From the NCBI GenBank assembly GCA_963675745.2, contig CAXXWX010000026.1, positions 512,001 through 576,000 of the forward strand: a stretch of 64,000 nt of DNA. The letters run 5' to 3'. Under the pieces are notes generated by a model. The model made no database searches. It had not been told where the DNA came from and saw only the letters and a list, made by a program, of their open reading frames with translations. Origin of the DNA: Phycisphaerae bacterium (GTDB lineage Bacteria > Planctomycetota > Phycisphaerae > UBA1845 > Fen-1342). Below, one piece after another: positions 9,380 through 17,715 of the stretch (positions within the stretch are counted from its first letter, which is position 1; each line of letters opens with the position of its first letter). The translations under genes were made by a program, and so were the position numbers.

Positions 9380-11071
9380 GTGAGGATGGAGCTTTCGTTT
9401 CTGGGGCTTACGGCGCGACGCGGCGTCGTTCTGATCGTGTGCGCACTCTGCGCCGGCGCGACGCTGGCCGATGTCCCCGCCTTTATGCAAAAGCCATCGC
9501 CGCAGCATATTCGCATCATGTGCTACAACGTCAACTGGGACTCTATCTTCGAGAACGGCGATCCCGACAATCACGATTGGCGCGCGTACGACATGTCTGA
9601 CCAGTTCGTGCGCGTTGTAACGGCGATAGACCCGGACATTGTCTGCCTTCAGGAGATCAATTCGGATCGTAACCCGCAGGACGTAGCCGACATTCTGGAC
9701 GCCGCACTGCCGCTGGGTGGCGGGGAGATGTGGCGGGCCCATAGTGGAACGGACAATGTCATCGCCGCCCGCTTCGACCTCTCTATGCTCGCCACCGACA
9801 CGATTCCAACGACCAATCGCGATCAGGCGATGGCGCTGGTCGATTTGCCCGACGGCACCTACAGCACCGATCTGTATCTGATGAATGCCCACTTCAAAGC
9901 CGGCGGGACCAGCAGCGACATCAGTCGGCGCCAACAGCACGCCGACGCAATCATTCACTGGATCGGCGATATCAAGACCGCCGGCGGCTACATCAACCTC
10001 CCCGCCGACACACCCATCGTCGTGCTCGGCGACCTGAACGTGTATGACACCGACCCGGCGCATCACCTGACCACGTTGATCACCGGCGACATCGTTAATC
10101 AGGGAACCTATGGATCTGACGTGGCGCCAGACTGGGATGATACCGACAACACCGACGCCCTGCCGTTGCACAACGCGGTTGGGCCGGACTTCTACACGTG
10201 GCGCGCTGACTCAGGCTCGTATAACCCCGGCGCACTGGATCGCATCATCTACACGGACAGCGCCGCCTCCGTCGACCACGGCTTCGTGCTGAACACCACC
10301 ACTATGAGTTCCGGTGACCTCGCCGCCGCCGGCCTGCAAGCCAACGATGTCGTCATTGATCCCGGCAGCGGATATTTTGATCACTTGCCCCTGGTCGTTG
10401 ACCTGCTACCGCCAGGCGCGCAACAAGAGTACACGCTGACGATCAACATCATCGGCAATGGCTCCGTAACCCAGGTCCCAGACCAGGCGACTTACACGTA
10501 TGGACAGGACGTGGACTTGACGGCGAACGCCGCCATGGGCTGGACGTTTGACCACTGGAGCGGCGATCTCGGCGGCAGCGCCAACCCCGAGACTATTACC
10601 ATGGACGGCGACAAGACCGTCACCGCGTACTTCACTCAGGACCAATACACGCTGACGGTAAACATCGTCGGCAATGGCTCCGTAACCCAGGTCCCAGACC
10701 AGGCGACCTACACGTATGGACAGGATGTGGACCTGACGGCGAACGCCGGCATGGGCTGGACGTTTGACCACTGGAGCGGCGATCTCGGCGGCAGCGCCAA
10801 CGACGAGACGATCACCATGGTTGGCAACAAAACGGTCACGGCCGTCTTTCTCGTGCTGGATATTGCCGGCGATCTCGATACCGACGGCGACGTGGATTTT
10901 GCCGACTACGCGATCTTCACCGATTGCATGGCCGGCCCGGACGTGACGACGCCGCCAACAGGGTGTGATCCGGCCGATTTCGCCGAGGCTGACATGGACA
11001 GCGACGGCGACGTCGATATCGACGACCTCAGCCTGTTCCAGGTCGCGTTCACAGGCGACGGATGGGGATGA
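9380..11071 (+). CDS. secreted endonuclease/exonuclease/phosphatase (EEP) protein with two InlB-B-like repeats and a C-terminal dockerin/EF-hand module
   Basis: Signal peptide; EEP motifs YNVN, DIVCLQEI, NAHFKA, VLGDLN, LDRI and DHLPLVVD; 2x YTLT.N..GNGSV...Y..G..V.LTA....GW.F..WSGD; GDLDTDGDVDFAD and DMDSDGDVDIDD. Confidence 0.85.
   Translation: MRMELSFLGLTARRGVVLIVCALCAGATLADVPAFMQKPSPQHIRIMCYNVNWDSIFENGDPDNHDWRAYDMSDQFVRVVTAIDPDIVCLQEINSDRNPQDVADILDAALPLGGGEMWRAHSGTDNVIAARFDLSMLATDTIPTTNRDQAMALVDLPDGTYSTDLYLMNAHFKAGGTSSDISRRQQHADAIIHWIGDIKTAGGYINLPADTPIVVLGDLNVYDTDPAHHLTTLITGDIVNQGTYGSDVAPDWDDTDNTDALPLHNAVGPDFYTWRADSGSYNPGALDRIIYTDSAASVDHGFVLNTTTMSSGDLAAAGLQANDVVIDPGSGYFDHLPLVVDLLPPGAQQEYTLTINIIGNGSVTQVPDQATYTYGQDVDLTANAAMGWTFDHWSGDLGGSANPETITMDGDKTVTAYFTQDQYTLTVNIVGNGSVTQVPDQATYTYGQDVDLTANAGMGWTFDHWSGDLGGSANDETITMVGNKTVTAVFLVLDIAGDLDTDGDVDFADYAIFTDCMAGPDVTTPPTGCDPADFAEADMDSDGDVDIDDLSLFQVAFTGDGWG
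10428..10850 (+). repeat. two near-identical tandem repeats of about 216 bp (InlB-B-like domains)
   Basis: TACACGCTGACG..GGCAATGGCTCCGTAACCCAGGTCCCAGACCAGGCGAC.. occurs twice. Confidence 0.9.
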
Positions 11072-11242
11072 GCGCGAGGAGTCGGATCGCACGCCCGCTG
11101 CTGGTGAAATGGGCGTGTGGTACGGATAGCTGGTTGAGTTCGCGCATCTCCTGACGCCGGCGCGGCGGCTTCGCCTGTGATCCATCGCGCGGGGGGCGGC
11201 CGCTACACTCGGAATCTGGCGCTCCGGAACGGCCGAAGCGTG

Positions 11243-13828
11243 CTATTCCACAAACTCCAGCGCGTCTTCGTGCATGCCGCCGGTGATGGGGCCTTCGATT
11301 TCCTTGGTCGTGATGCAGTCCCACACCGGGCAGACGTGACCGCACAGCACGCAGCCGACGCAGCGCTGCTCGTCGACTTCGGCTTTGCGCTTGAGCGGGT
11401 CGAAACGCATCGCCTGGTTGGCACCGTCGTGGCAAACGATGTGACACAGGCCGCAACCGATGCACTTGTCGGCATCCACCGTCGAGATCACGTGCCTGGT
11501 CTGATGATGCTCGGACGGGTCAACCGTGAACTCGAGCCCGCGGCCGACCAGCTCCGTTACCGACGCAAAGCCCTTGGCCTCCAGGTAGTCTTCCAGACCG
11601 CCGCACAGCGACGCGACGATGCGATAGCCATAGCGCATGACGGCGGTGGTGACCTGAAGGTTCGAGGCCCCCATCAGCAGGAACATGGCCGCGTCCCGCC
11701 AGGTCTCCAGTCCGCCGAGACCGGAGACGGGCAGGCCTAGCTCCTTGCTCTGGGCCAGCTCGGCGACGAAACGCAGGGCGATCGGCTTGACGGCCGGCCC
11801 CGAATAGCCGCTGATCGAGCCGCGGCCCTGGATAGTCGGCATCGGCGCGAACGTGTCGAGATCGACCTCGGTGATCGCCCGCAGCGTGTTGATCGCCGAG
11901 ATCGCGTCGGCACCGCCGGCCTTGGCGGCCAACGCCGGCGGGAGCATGTCGGTGATGTTCGGCGTCATCTTGGCCATGACCGGAATAGAGACGGCGTCTT
12001 TCACCACGCGCGTGAAACGCTCGAGCATGTCGTAGGCCTGGCCGATCTTGTGCCCGGCCCCCTCGACCGCCATCTGCGGGCACGAGAAGTTGAGCTCGAG
12101 CATGTCGGCGCCGGCGCCGGCGGCGCCGCGGGCCAGCTCGGCCCAACCCTCGTCCGAATAGCCCATGATGCTGACGATCAGCGGGCGGTCGGGGTAGTGC
12201 TGCTTCAACCACGCGATGTCCTTGAGGTTCTGCTTGTACGGGCGCTCGCTGATCATCTCGATGTTTTGCAAGCCGATGAAACGCTGGTCGCCGTGGTGCA
12301 GCGCATTAAGCCGCGGCGTCGGGTCGATAATCGCGTAGTCCTCTTCCAAACCGACGGTCTTGAACACCGCTCCACCCCAGCCGGCGTCAAAGGCCCGCGC
12401 CACCATCTCGGCCGTGTTCCCCACCGGCGATGACGACAGGCAGAACGGGTTCGGGAACTTCAAGCCGCAGAACTCGATTTCGAGACTGGGTCGCGTTGGC
12501 CTCGGCACGCTAACGGATGTGCGCAGCGGAAACGCGACGGCAATCGCCTCAGCGGCCATTTTGCCGTCCAGCACCGATGACGCGACCGTCTTGCCCACCG
12601 CCGCCAAGTCACCGCCGGCGAAAATCCGCGGATTCGAGGTCTGGAGAGTCTCCGCTTTCGTCTTTGGGCGACCGCCCTTCTCTCGTTTGAGCGTGCCGAG
12701 CAACTCCTGTGAGTCTTCCGACAGGCCCGCGCCGATCGCCTCAACCACCACGTCGGCCGGCAAGGTGAACGTCGAACCCGGAATATCCACGGCGTTGTCG
12801 GGCACAAAGCGCCCGGGCCGTTTCCAGCGAGTCTCCACGCCGCGCACAGCCTTGATCCGCCCATCCTGCCCGACAAACCGCGTCACGCGGCAGTTCGGTT
12901 TGAAGCGGATGCCCTCTTCAAATGCCAGCGTCTTCTCTTCGACGTCGGCGGGCAGCTCTTCCATGGCCTCCAGCGAGACCGCAAACACGCGCGTTGCGCC
13001 GAGTCGCTTGGCGGTGACCGCACAGTCCATCGCCACCGATCCGCCGCCGATTACGACGACACGTTTGCCCTTGACCGCCTTGCGAATCTTGCGCAGGCCG
13101 CGCTCACTCTCGCACTGTGCGAGGAAGGTATCCCACGGGTGAATGCCCTCCAGGTTCTTGCCCGGGACCTTCAATCGATAGGACTCATCACAGCCGGTGG
13201 CCAGAAAGACGGCGTCGTAGCCATCCTCGAGCAGCGCGCTTAGATCGTCGGCCGTCTCGAGCGCGTGACCGCATTCAAACTGCACGCCCAGCTTCTCAAT
13301 CAGGCCGATCTCGTGATCGAGCAGGTCGCGTGAGAGGCGGTGCGCCGGTATGCCATAGCGCAACAATCCCCCCGGCTTGGGCATCTTCTCATAGACAACG
13401 GCGGCGTAGCCCTTGAGCGCGAGACTGGCGGCGGCCGAGAGCCCGGCCGGTCCGGAACCGACTATTGCGATCTTGCGGTCACCGGGCGGCGGTGCGTACA
13501 AAACCTGCATGCCTTCGCGGCGTTCGTAATCCGCCAGAAACGCCTGAAGCTCATTAATGCGAATGGTCTCGTCGAGTCCGGAGCGCGTGCAGCCTCCCGC
13601 GCACAGCCGGCAGGTCGGGCAGACCTGGGCGGTCGTCGCGGCCAGTATGTTGTTTTGGCGCAGCGTCCGCACAGCGCCACGTATGTCGCCAAGCCGCAGC
13701 TTGAGAATAAACGTGGCCGGATCGGTGTCCGCCCCGCAGCCCGTGTTGCACGGCGCATCGTGGCACAACAGGCACCGCCCCGCCTCTGCGATGGCCCCCT
13801 GCAAGCTCAGAATTCCGTTGTTATTCAC
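11243..13828 (-). CDS. preA: fused PreT-PreA dihydropyrimidine dehydrogenase (single chain)
   Basis: N-terminal GltD-like part (RCLLCHDAPC, GSGPAGL, GGGSVAMD, FAGGD); FMN barrel (FPNPFCLSS, ELNFSCPQM, KMTPNITD, SAINT, GYSGPAVKPIAL); two C-terminal CxxCxxCxxxC motifs. Confidence 0.93.
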   Translation of the reverse strand: MNNNGILSLQGAIAEAGRCLLCHDAPCNTGCGADTDPATFILKLRLGDIRGAVRTLRQNNILAATTAQVCPTCRLCAGGCTRSGLDETIRINELQAFLADYERREGMQVLYAPPPGDRKIAIVGSGPAGLSAAASLALKGYAAVVYEKMPKPGGLLRYGIPAHRLSRDLLDHEIGLIEKLGVQFECGHALETADDLSALLEDGYDAVFLATGCDESYRLKVPGKNLEGIHPWDTFLAQCESERGLRKIRKAVKGKRVVVIGGGSVAMDCAVTAKRLGATRVFAVSLEAMEELPADVEEKTLAFEEGIRFKPNCRVTRFVGQDGRIKAVRGVETRWKRPGRFVPDNAVDIPGSTFTLPADVVVEAIGAGLSEDSQELLGTLKREKGGRPKTKAETLQTSNPRIFAGGDLAAVGKTVASSVLDGKMAAEAIAVAFPLRTSVSVPRPTRPSLEIEFCGLKFPNPFCLSSSPVGNTAEMVARAFDAGWGGAVFKTVGLEEDYAIIDPTPRLNALHHGDQRFIGLQNIEMISERPYKQNLKDIAWLKQHYPDRPLIVSIMGYSDEGWAELARGAAGAGADMLELNFSCPQMAVEGAGHKIGQAYDMLERFTRVVKDAVSIPVMAKMTPNITDMLPPALAAKAGGADAISAINTLRAITEVDLDTFAPMPTIQGRGSISGYSGPAVKPIALRFVAELAQSKELGLPVSGLGGLETWRDAAMFLLMGASNLQVTTAVMRYGYRIVASLCGGLEDYLEAKGFASVTELVGRGLEFTVDPSEHHQTRHVISTVDADKCIGCGLCHIVCHDGANQAMRFDPLKRKAEVDEQRCVGCVLCGHVCPVWDCITTKEIEGPITGGMHEDALEFVE

Positions 13829-13863
13829 TGGAACACTCCGACAAAAAGAGGAGGTCTCTCGCC

Positions 13864-15261
13864 TCAGACCTGTCCCGGGCGGGAGCGCGGCACAAACTGG
13901 CCGTGCCCGTTGCGGCCCACGAACTTGTAGTTGTCAACGACCTGTACGCCGCGGCTGAACGTGTGCTCGGCAAAGCCAGCCAGCTCCCAGCCCTGGAACG
14001 GGCTCCAGTCGCAGTTGGTCTGCATCTTCCGCCAATCGACACGCCGCTTGTTGCGCGGATGAATGATTGCGATGTCGGCGTCGCTGCCGACCTGGAGCGT
14101 GCCCTTCTGCGGATAGAGCCCCATGATTTTCGCCGGCGCCGTGCAGCACTTCTCCACGAACTGGTTAACCGTGATCCGCCGGCCGAGCACGCCGCGCGTG
14201 TAGACTATCGGCAGGAGCGTCTCCAACCCGGGCATACCCATCGGGATCTTGGTCCAGTCGCCCTTCCACATGGCCTTTTGCTTGCGGTTAAACGTGCAGG
14301 TGTCGGTCGATACGGAGCAGACGTCGCCGTTGCGCAGCCCCTCCCACAGACGTTTCTGGTCGTGGAGCTTTTTGACCTGCGGACAGGTTCCGAACAGGTG
14401 GCCGTCTTTCCGTTTGAACACACTGTCATCAAGGGCGAGGTATTGGGCGCACGTCTCCGCGAGCACGTGGACGCCGTCTTCCTGGGCCTGCCGGACCAGG
14501 TCGGCCCCCTCGCCGGTGCTCATGTGTACGACGAAGAGCCGGCCACCGGTGACGCGGGCCCACTGAATGGCCCGCTGGATGGCCTCGGATTCGGTGAAGC
14601 ACGGGCGCGTCATCGTGTGCAGGTATGCGCCGTATTTCTTCATCTCGGCGCGGTTATGGTGGCGCTCGATGAGCATGTCGAGCACGCGGCTCGACTCGGC
14701 GTGAACACACAGCATGCCGCCCACGTCACGCAGCGTCTCCAGCGCCTCGTACATGGCCGCGTCATCAGACTGCCAGCCCTCCTTGGCATAGATCATGAAC
14801 TGCTTGAAGGTCGGGATGCCCCCATCGATCATGCGCGGGATGTCCTTCTTCTGCCGGGCCCAGTTCGTGATCGCAATGTGGAACGAGTAGTCCACGCAGG
14901 CCTTTCCCTCGGCTCGGCCGCGCCAATTGTCCACGGCCTGTTGCAGCGTCTCCTCGCCATAGGGAATCGCGAAGTCGATCAGCGTGGTGACGCCGCCGCA
15001 GGCTGCGGCGCGCGTGCCGGAGTCATAGTCATCGGCGGAGACGGTTCCGCAGAACGGCAGCGCCAGGTGTACGTGGGCATCGACGCCGCCGGGAATGACG
15101 TAGCGCCCCCGCGCATCGATGATCTGCGCGCCGTTGGTGCTGCCCGCGGCCAGGCGATTGCCGATGGCGGCAATTCGCTCGCCGCGGATTCCCAGGTCGG
15201 CGCGCGTAACCTCACCGGCCGTCACCAAACGTCCCCCTCGGATAATCGTGTCGAAGTTCAT
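13864..15261 (-). CDS. hydA: dihydropyrimidinase (D-hydantoinase)
   Basis: PGGVDAHVH, GGVTTLIDFA, PTFKQFM (carbamylated Lys), VHAES, VVHMS and KGTLQVGSDADIAI; start placed at MNFDTIIRGG. Confidence 0.92.
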   Translation of the reverse strand: MNFDTIIRGGRLVTAGEVTRADLGIRGERIAAIGNRLAAGSTNGAQIIDARGRYVIPGGVDAHVHLALPFCGTVSADDYDSGTRAAACGGVTTLIDFAIPYGEETLQQAVDNWRGRAEGKACVDYSFHIAITNWARQKKDIPRMIDGGIPTFKQFMIYAKEGWQSDDAAMYEALETLRDVGGMLCVHAESSRVLDMLIERHHNRAEMKKYGAYLHTMTRPCFTESEAIQRAIQWARVTGGRLFVVHMSTGEGADLVRQAQEDGVHVLAETCAQYLALDDSVFKRKDGHLFGTCPQVKKLHDQKRLWEGLRNGDVCSVSTDTCTFNRKQKAMWKGDWTKIPMGMPGLETLLPIVYTRGVLGRRITVNQFVEKCCTAPAKIMGLYPQKGTLQVGSDADIAIIHPRNKRRVDWRKMQTNCDWSPFQGWELAGFAEHTFSRGVQVVDNYKFVGRNGHGQFVPRSRPGQV

Positions 15262-15535
15262 GGCGTTCCCTCGGAGTTGTTTCCACGTCGGTCTTACGAT
15301 GCTCATTCTCTGGCAGAGCATCACCAGCGGTCAAGCGTTTCGCCGTGGATACCAACAGCGCCGAGTCCAGACGGAACGCGGGAAAGGTCCATGGGGAGTC
15401 TCCCGCGCCTGGCTAAGGCGTGGCGTTTTGTGACGTGAAGACGTGGCCCGCATGTGGGGTGCCAGCAAACACTGGTTTTGCGCAAGAGCATATCCGCGCG
15501 GGCAATAGCTGGATGGGTGCGACCGCGGTTTGAGT

Positions 15536-16441
15536 TTACTCGTCACCCGCTGGAAACGCCCGCTCAACCGTCTCGAGATACGCCCAGCGTTCTTCGATCT
15601 GCGCCCGCAGATCGTCAGTATCGACGTCGATGGACGAATAGCGCCGCTGCCGGCTGATGTACTCCTCAACCGGAGTTCCGTTCGGCCGCACATTGATGCG
15701 CCAGCGCACGCCGTCAAACACTTCATAGACGGGGAACAAGCCACACCGAACGGCATAATCCACCAGGTCCACGCTCTGAGTCGGCTCACTCTTCCAGCCG
15801 GTCGGGCACGGCGAGAGCATCAGCAGAAAACGAAAGCCCCTCAGGCGTTTGGCCGTATTGAGCTTGCGCAGAAAGTCATCGCGGTGCGCGACTGACAACG
15901 TCGCGGCATAGGGCACACGGTGCGCCGCGATGATGGACATGATGTCTTTTTTGTTCTCGCGCTTGCCGCGCGGCGTGGTTGTCGTGCGAACATGCGCCGG
16001 CGTGGCGCCGCTGCGCTGCCCACCGGTGTTGCCGTAGATCTCGTTGTCGTAGCAGAAGTAGATCATGTTCTCGTTGCGCTCGGCGGCGGCCGAGATGGCG
16101 GCGAGCCCGATGTCATAGGTTCCGCCGTCACCGGCCCAGCACACGACGGGGCGTTTGTCGCCGTTAAGATCGCGCACCGCGGAGATCCCGGTGGCCATGG
16201 CCGACGAGCTGGCAAAGGTGGCCGCCATGGTCGGCACGGCATACGCGCTCGTGGGAAAAGCGCCCGCCGCCACGATTCCGCAGCAGGCCGGGATGACCAG
16301 GGTCGGCGTTTGTTTTCCCAGCGCCTCACCGAGCCACTGTAACCCCAGCGACATGCCGCAGCCGGCACAATTCGTATTCCCGGCGCGCAGCAGGCACTCC
16401 TGGCCGTCTGGTCGGACCTGGGTTTTGATTTCGGTGCTCAT
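15536..16441 (-). CDS. porB: 2-oxoacid:ferredoxin oxidoreductase beta subunit (TPP-binding)
   Basis: CAGCG, GDGGTYDIG...YDNEIYGNTGGQ and SPCPTGW. Confidence 0.88.
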   Translation of the reverse strand: MSTEIKTQVRPDGQECLLRAGNTNCAGCGMSLGLQWLGEALGKQTPTLVIPACCGIVAAGAFPTSAYAVPTMAATFASSSAMATGISAVRDLNGDKRPVVCWAGDGGTYDIGLAAISAAAERNENMIYFCYDNEIYGNTGGQRSGATPAHVRTTTTPRGKRENKKDIMSIIAAHRVPYAATLSVAHRDDFLRKLNTAKRLRGFRFLLMLSPCPTGWKSEPTQSVDLVDYAVRCGLFPVYEVFDGVRWRINVRPNGTPVEEYISRQRRYSSIDVDTDDLRAQIEERWAYLETVERAFPAGDE

Positions 16442-17610
16442 ACGGCCACCTCCTTCCAGATCGGGTTCTCAACATGTTTGCGCGCCACCAGATCGTCAAC
16501 GATTTCGTCCAGCATCGACGGCACCACGTCACCGCCACCGAGCCCGACGATATAGTCCTGCACCAGCACATCGGCGGCACCGTGCAGCGTCGCGGCCACC
16601 TCTTTCCAGAAGATGCCGCCCGACCCCGCCGAATGATTGCGGTCGAGCACGCCGATCTTCTTGGCCGGACCGATCGCGGCCATCAGCTCATCGCGCATGA
16701 ACGGCCGGAACATCCGGGCTTCAACCATGCCGATTTTCTCGCCGCGCTCGCGCCGCGCGTTGACCACGTTGCGCAGCGTGCGCGACATGGAGTTGCAGGC
16801 GATCAACACGTGTTCGGCGTCCTCGGTGTGGTCAACGCGCATCGCCCCGGGCGGGCGCCGGCCAAAGACTTCCTCGAACTCGTCAACGGCCTCGCGCAGC
16901 ACCTCGGGCACACGCTCCATGGCCCGCTGTATTTCGCGGCGGTGGTGTTCGGTCTCGCGCGGAAAGGTCATGCCGCCCACGGTGGCGGGGTGCTCGTAGC
17001 GCAGCCGGTGTGGCACGACGCAACGAGGCAGGTAGCGGTCCACCAGATCCTGCTCGGGCAGGTCGGTCACCATCGACGTATGTGAAACGAGGAAACCATC
17101 CATCGCGATCAACGCCGGCAGCAGCACGCGCTCGTCTTCGGCCACGCGAAACGCCAGCAGCACGGTATCGACGACGTCCTGGTGCGATGCGCAATAAAAC
17201 TGGATCCAGGCCGCGTCGCGCAGCATGAGACTGTCACCCTGATCGACCCAGATGTTCCAGGGCGGCCCAAGCGTGCGGTTCACCGCGATCATGACAATCG
17301 GCAGGCGGTAATAGCCAGCCGCGAAGACATTCTCGATCATATAGGCCAGCCCGTTGGACGAGCTCGCCGTGAATGCCCGCGCGCCGTCGAGCGACGCCCC
17401 CATGCACACGCCCATGGCGCTGTGCTCGGATTCGACGTTGATGATGCGCCCCTTGGTGAAATCGAATGCGCTCAACGTCTCGACAATCTCTGTCTGGGGG
17501 GTAATCGGATAGGCTCCCGCGACGCAGCCCAGTCCATCGCGGTTGGCCTCACCCGCCACGGCCAGCGTATATCCGGCGGCGTAGTTCCCCGTTGCCAGTG
17601 CACGTGCCAC
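16438..17610 (-). CDS. porA: 2-oxoacid:ferredoxin oxidoreductase alpha subunit
   Basis: AYPITPQTEI, VESEHSAM, DGFLVSH, FRPF and VGLGGGD; 4-bp overlap with the beta gene. Confidence 0.88.
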   Translation of the reverse strand: MARALATGNYAAGYTLAVAGEANRDGLGCVAGAYPITPQTEIVETLSAFDFTKGRIINVESEHSAMGVCMGASLDGARAFTASSSNGLAYMIENVFAAGYYRLPIVMIAVNRTLGPPWNIWVDQGDSLMLRDAAWIQFYCASHQDVVDTVLLAFRVAEDERVLLPALIAMDGFLVSHTSMVTDLPEQDLVDRYLPRCVVPHRLRYEHPATVGGMTFPRETEHHRREIQRAMERVPEVLREAVDEFEEVFGRRPPGAMRVDHTEDAEHVLIACNSMSRTLRNVVNARRERGEKIGMVEARMFRPFMRDELMAAIGPAKKIGVLDRNHSAGSGGIFWKEVAATLHGAADVLVQDYIVGLGGGDVVPSMLDEIVDDLVARKHVENPIWKEVAV

Positions 17611-17641
17611 GCGCGCTCTCCTTGTTTGCTATCCTCATGGA

Positions 17642-17689
17642 TGGCACAGGCGTCTCGCCTGTGGGCTCACAGGCAAGGTGCCTGTGCCA
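17642..17689. repeat. REP-like doublet inside the por operon
   Basis: TGGCACAGGC-GTCTC-GCCTGTG ... CACAGGC-AAGGT-GCCTGTGCCA. Confidence 0.75.
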
Positions 17690-17715
17690 CCGTGAAAACC
17701 ATGTCCGCGGTCAAC

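Noticed and set aside
9071..11372. Diversity-generating retroelement TR/VR pair
   Set aside because: Mismatches are not confined to adenines of one copy, and no reverse transcriptase is in the window.
13903..15438. Long antisense ORFs (also 26544-27857, 61318-62838 and many others)
   Set aside because: Shadows of real genes in high-GC DNA; no recognisable motifs.
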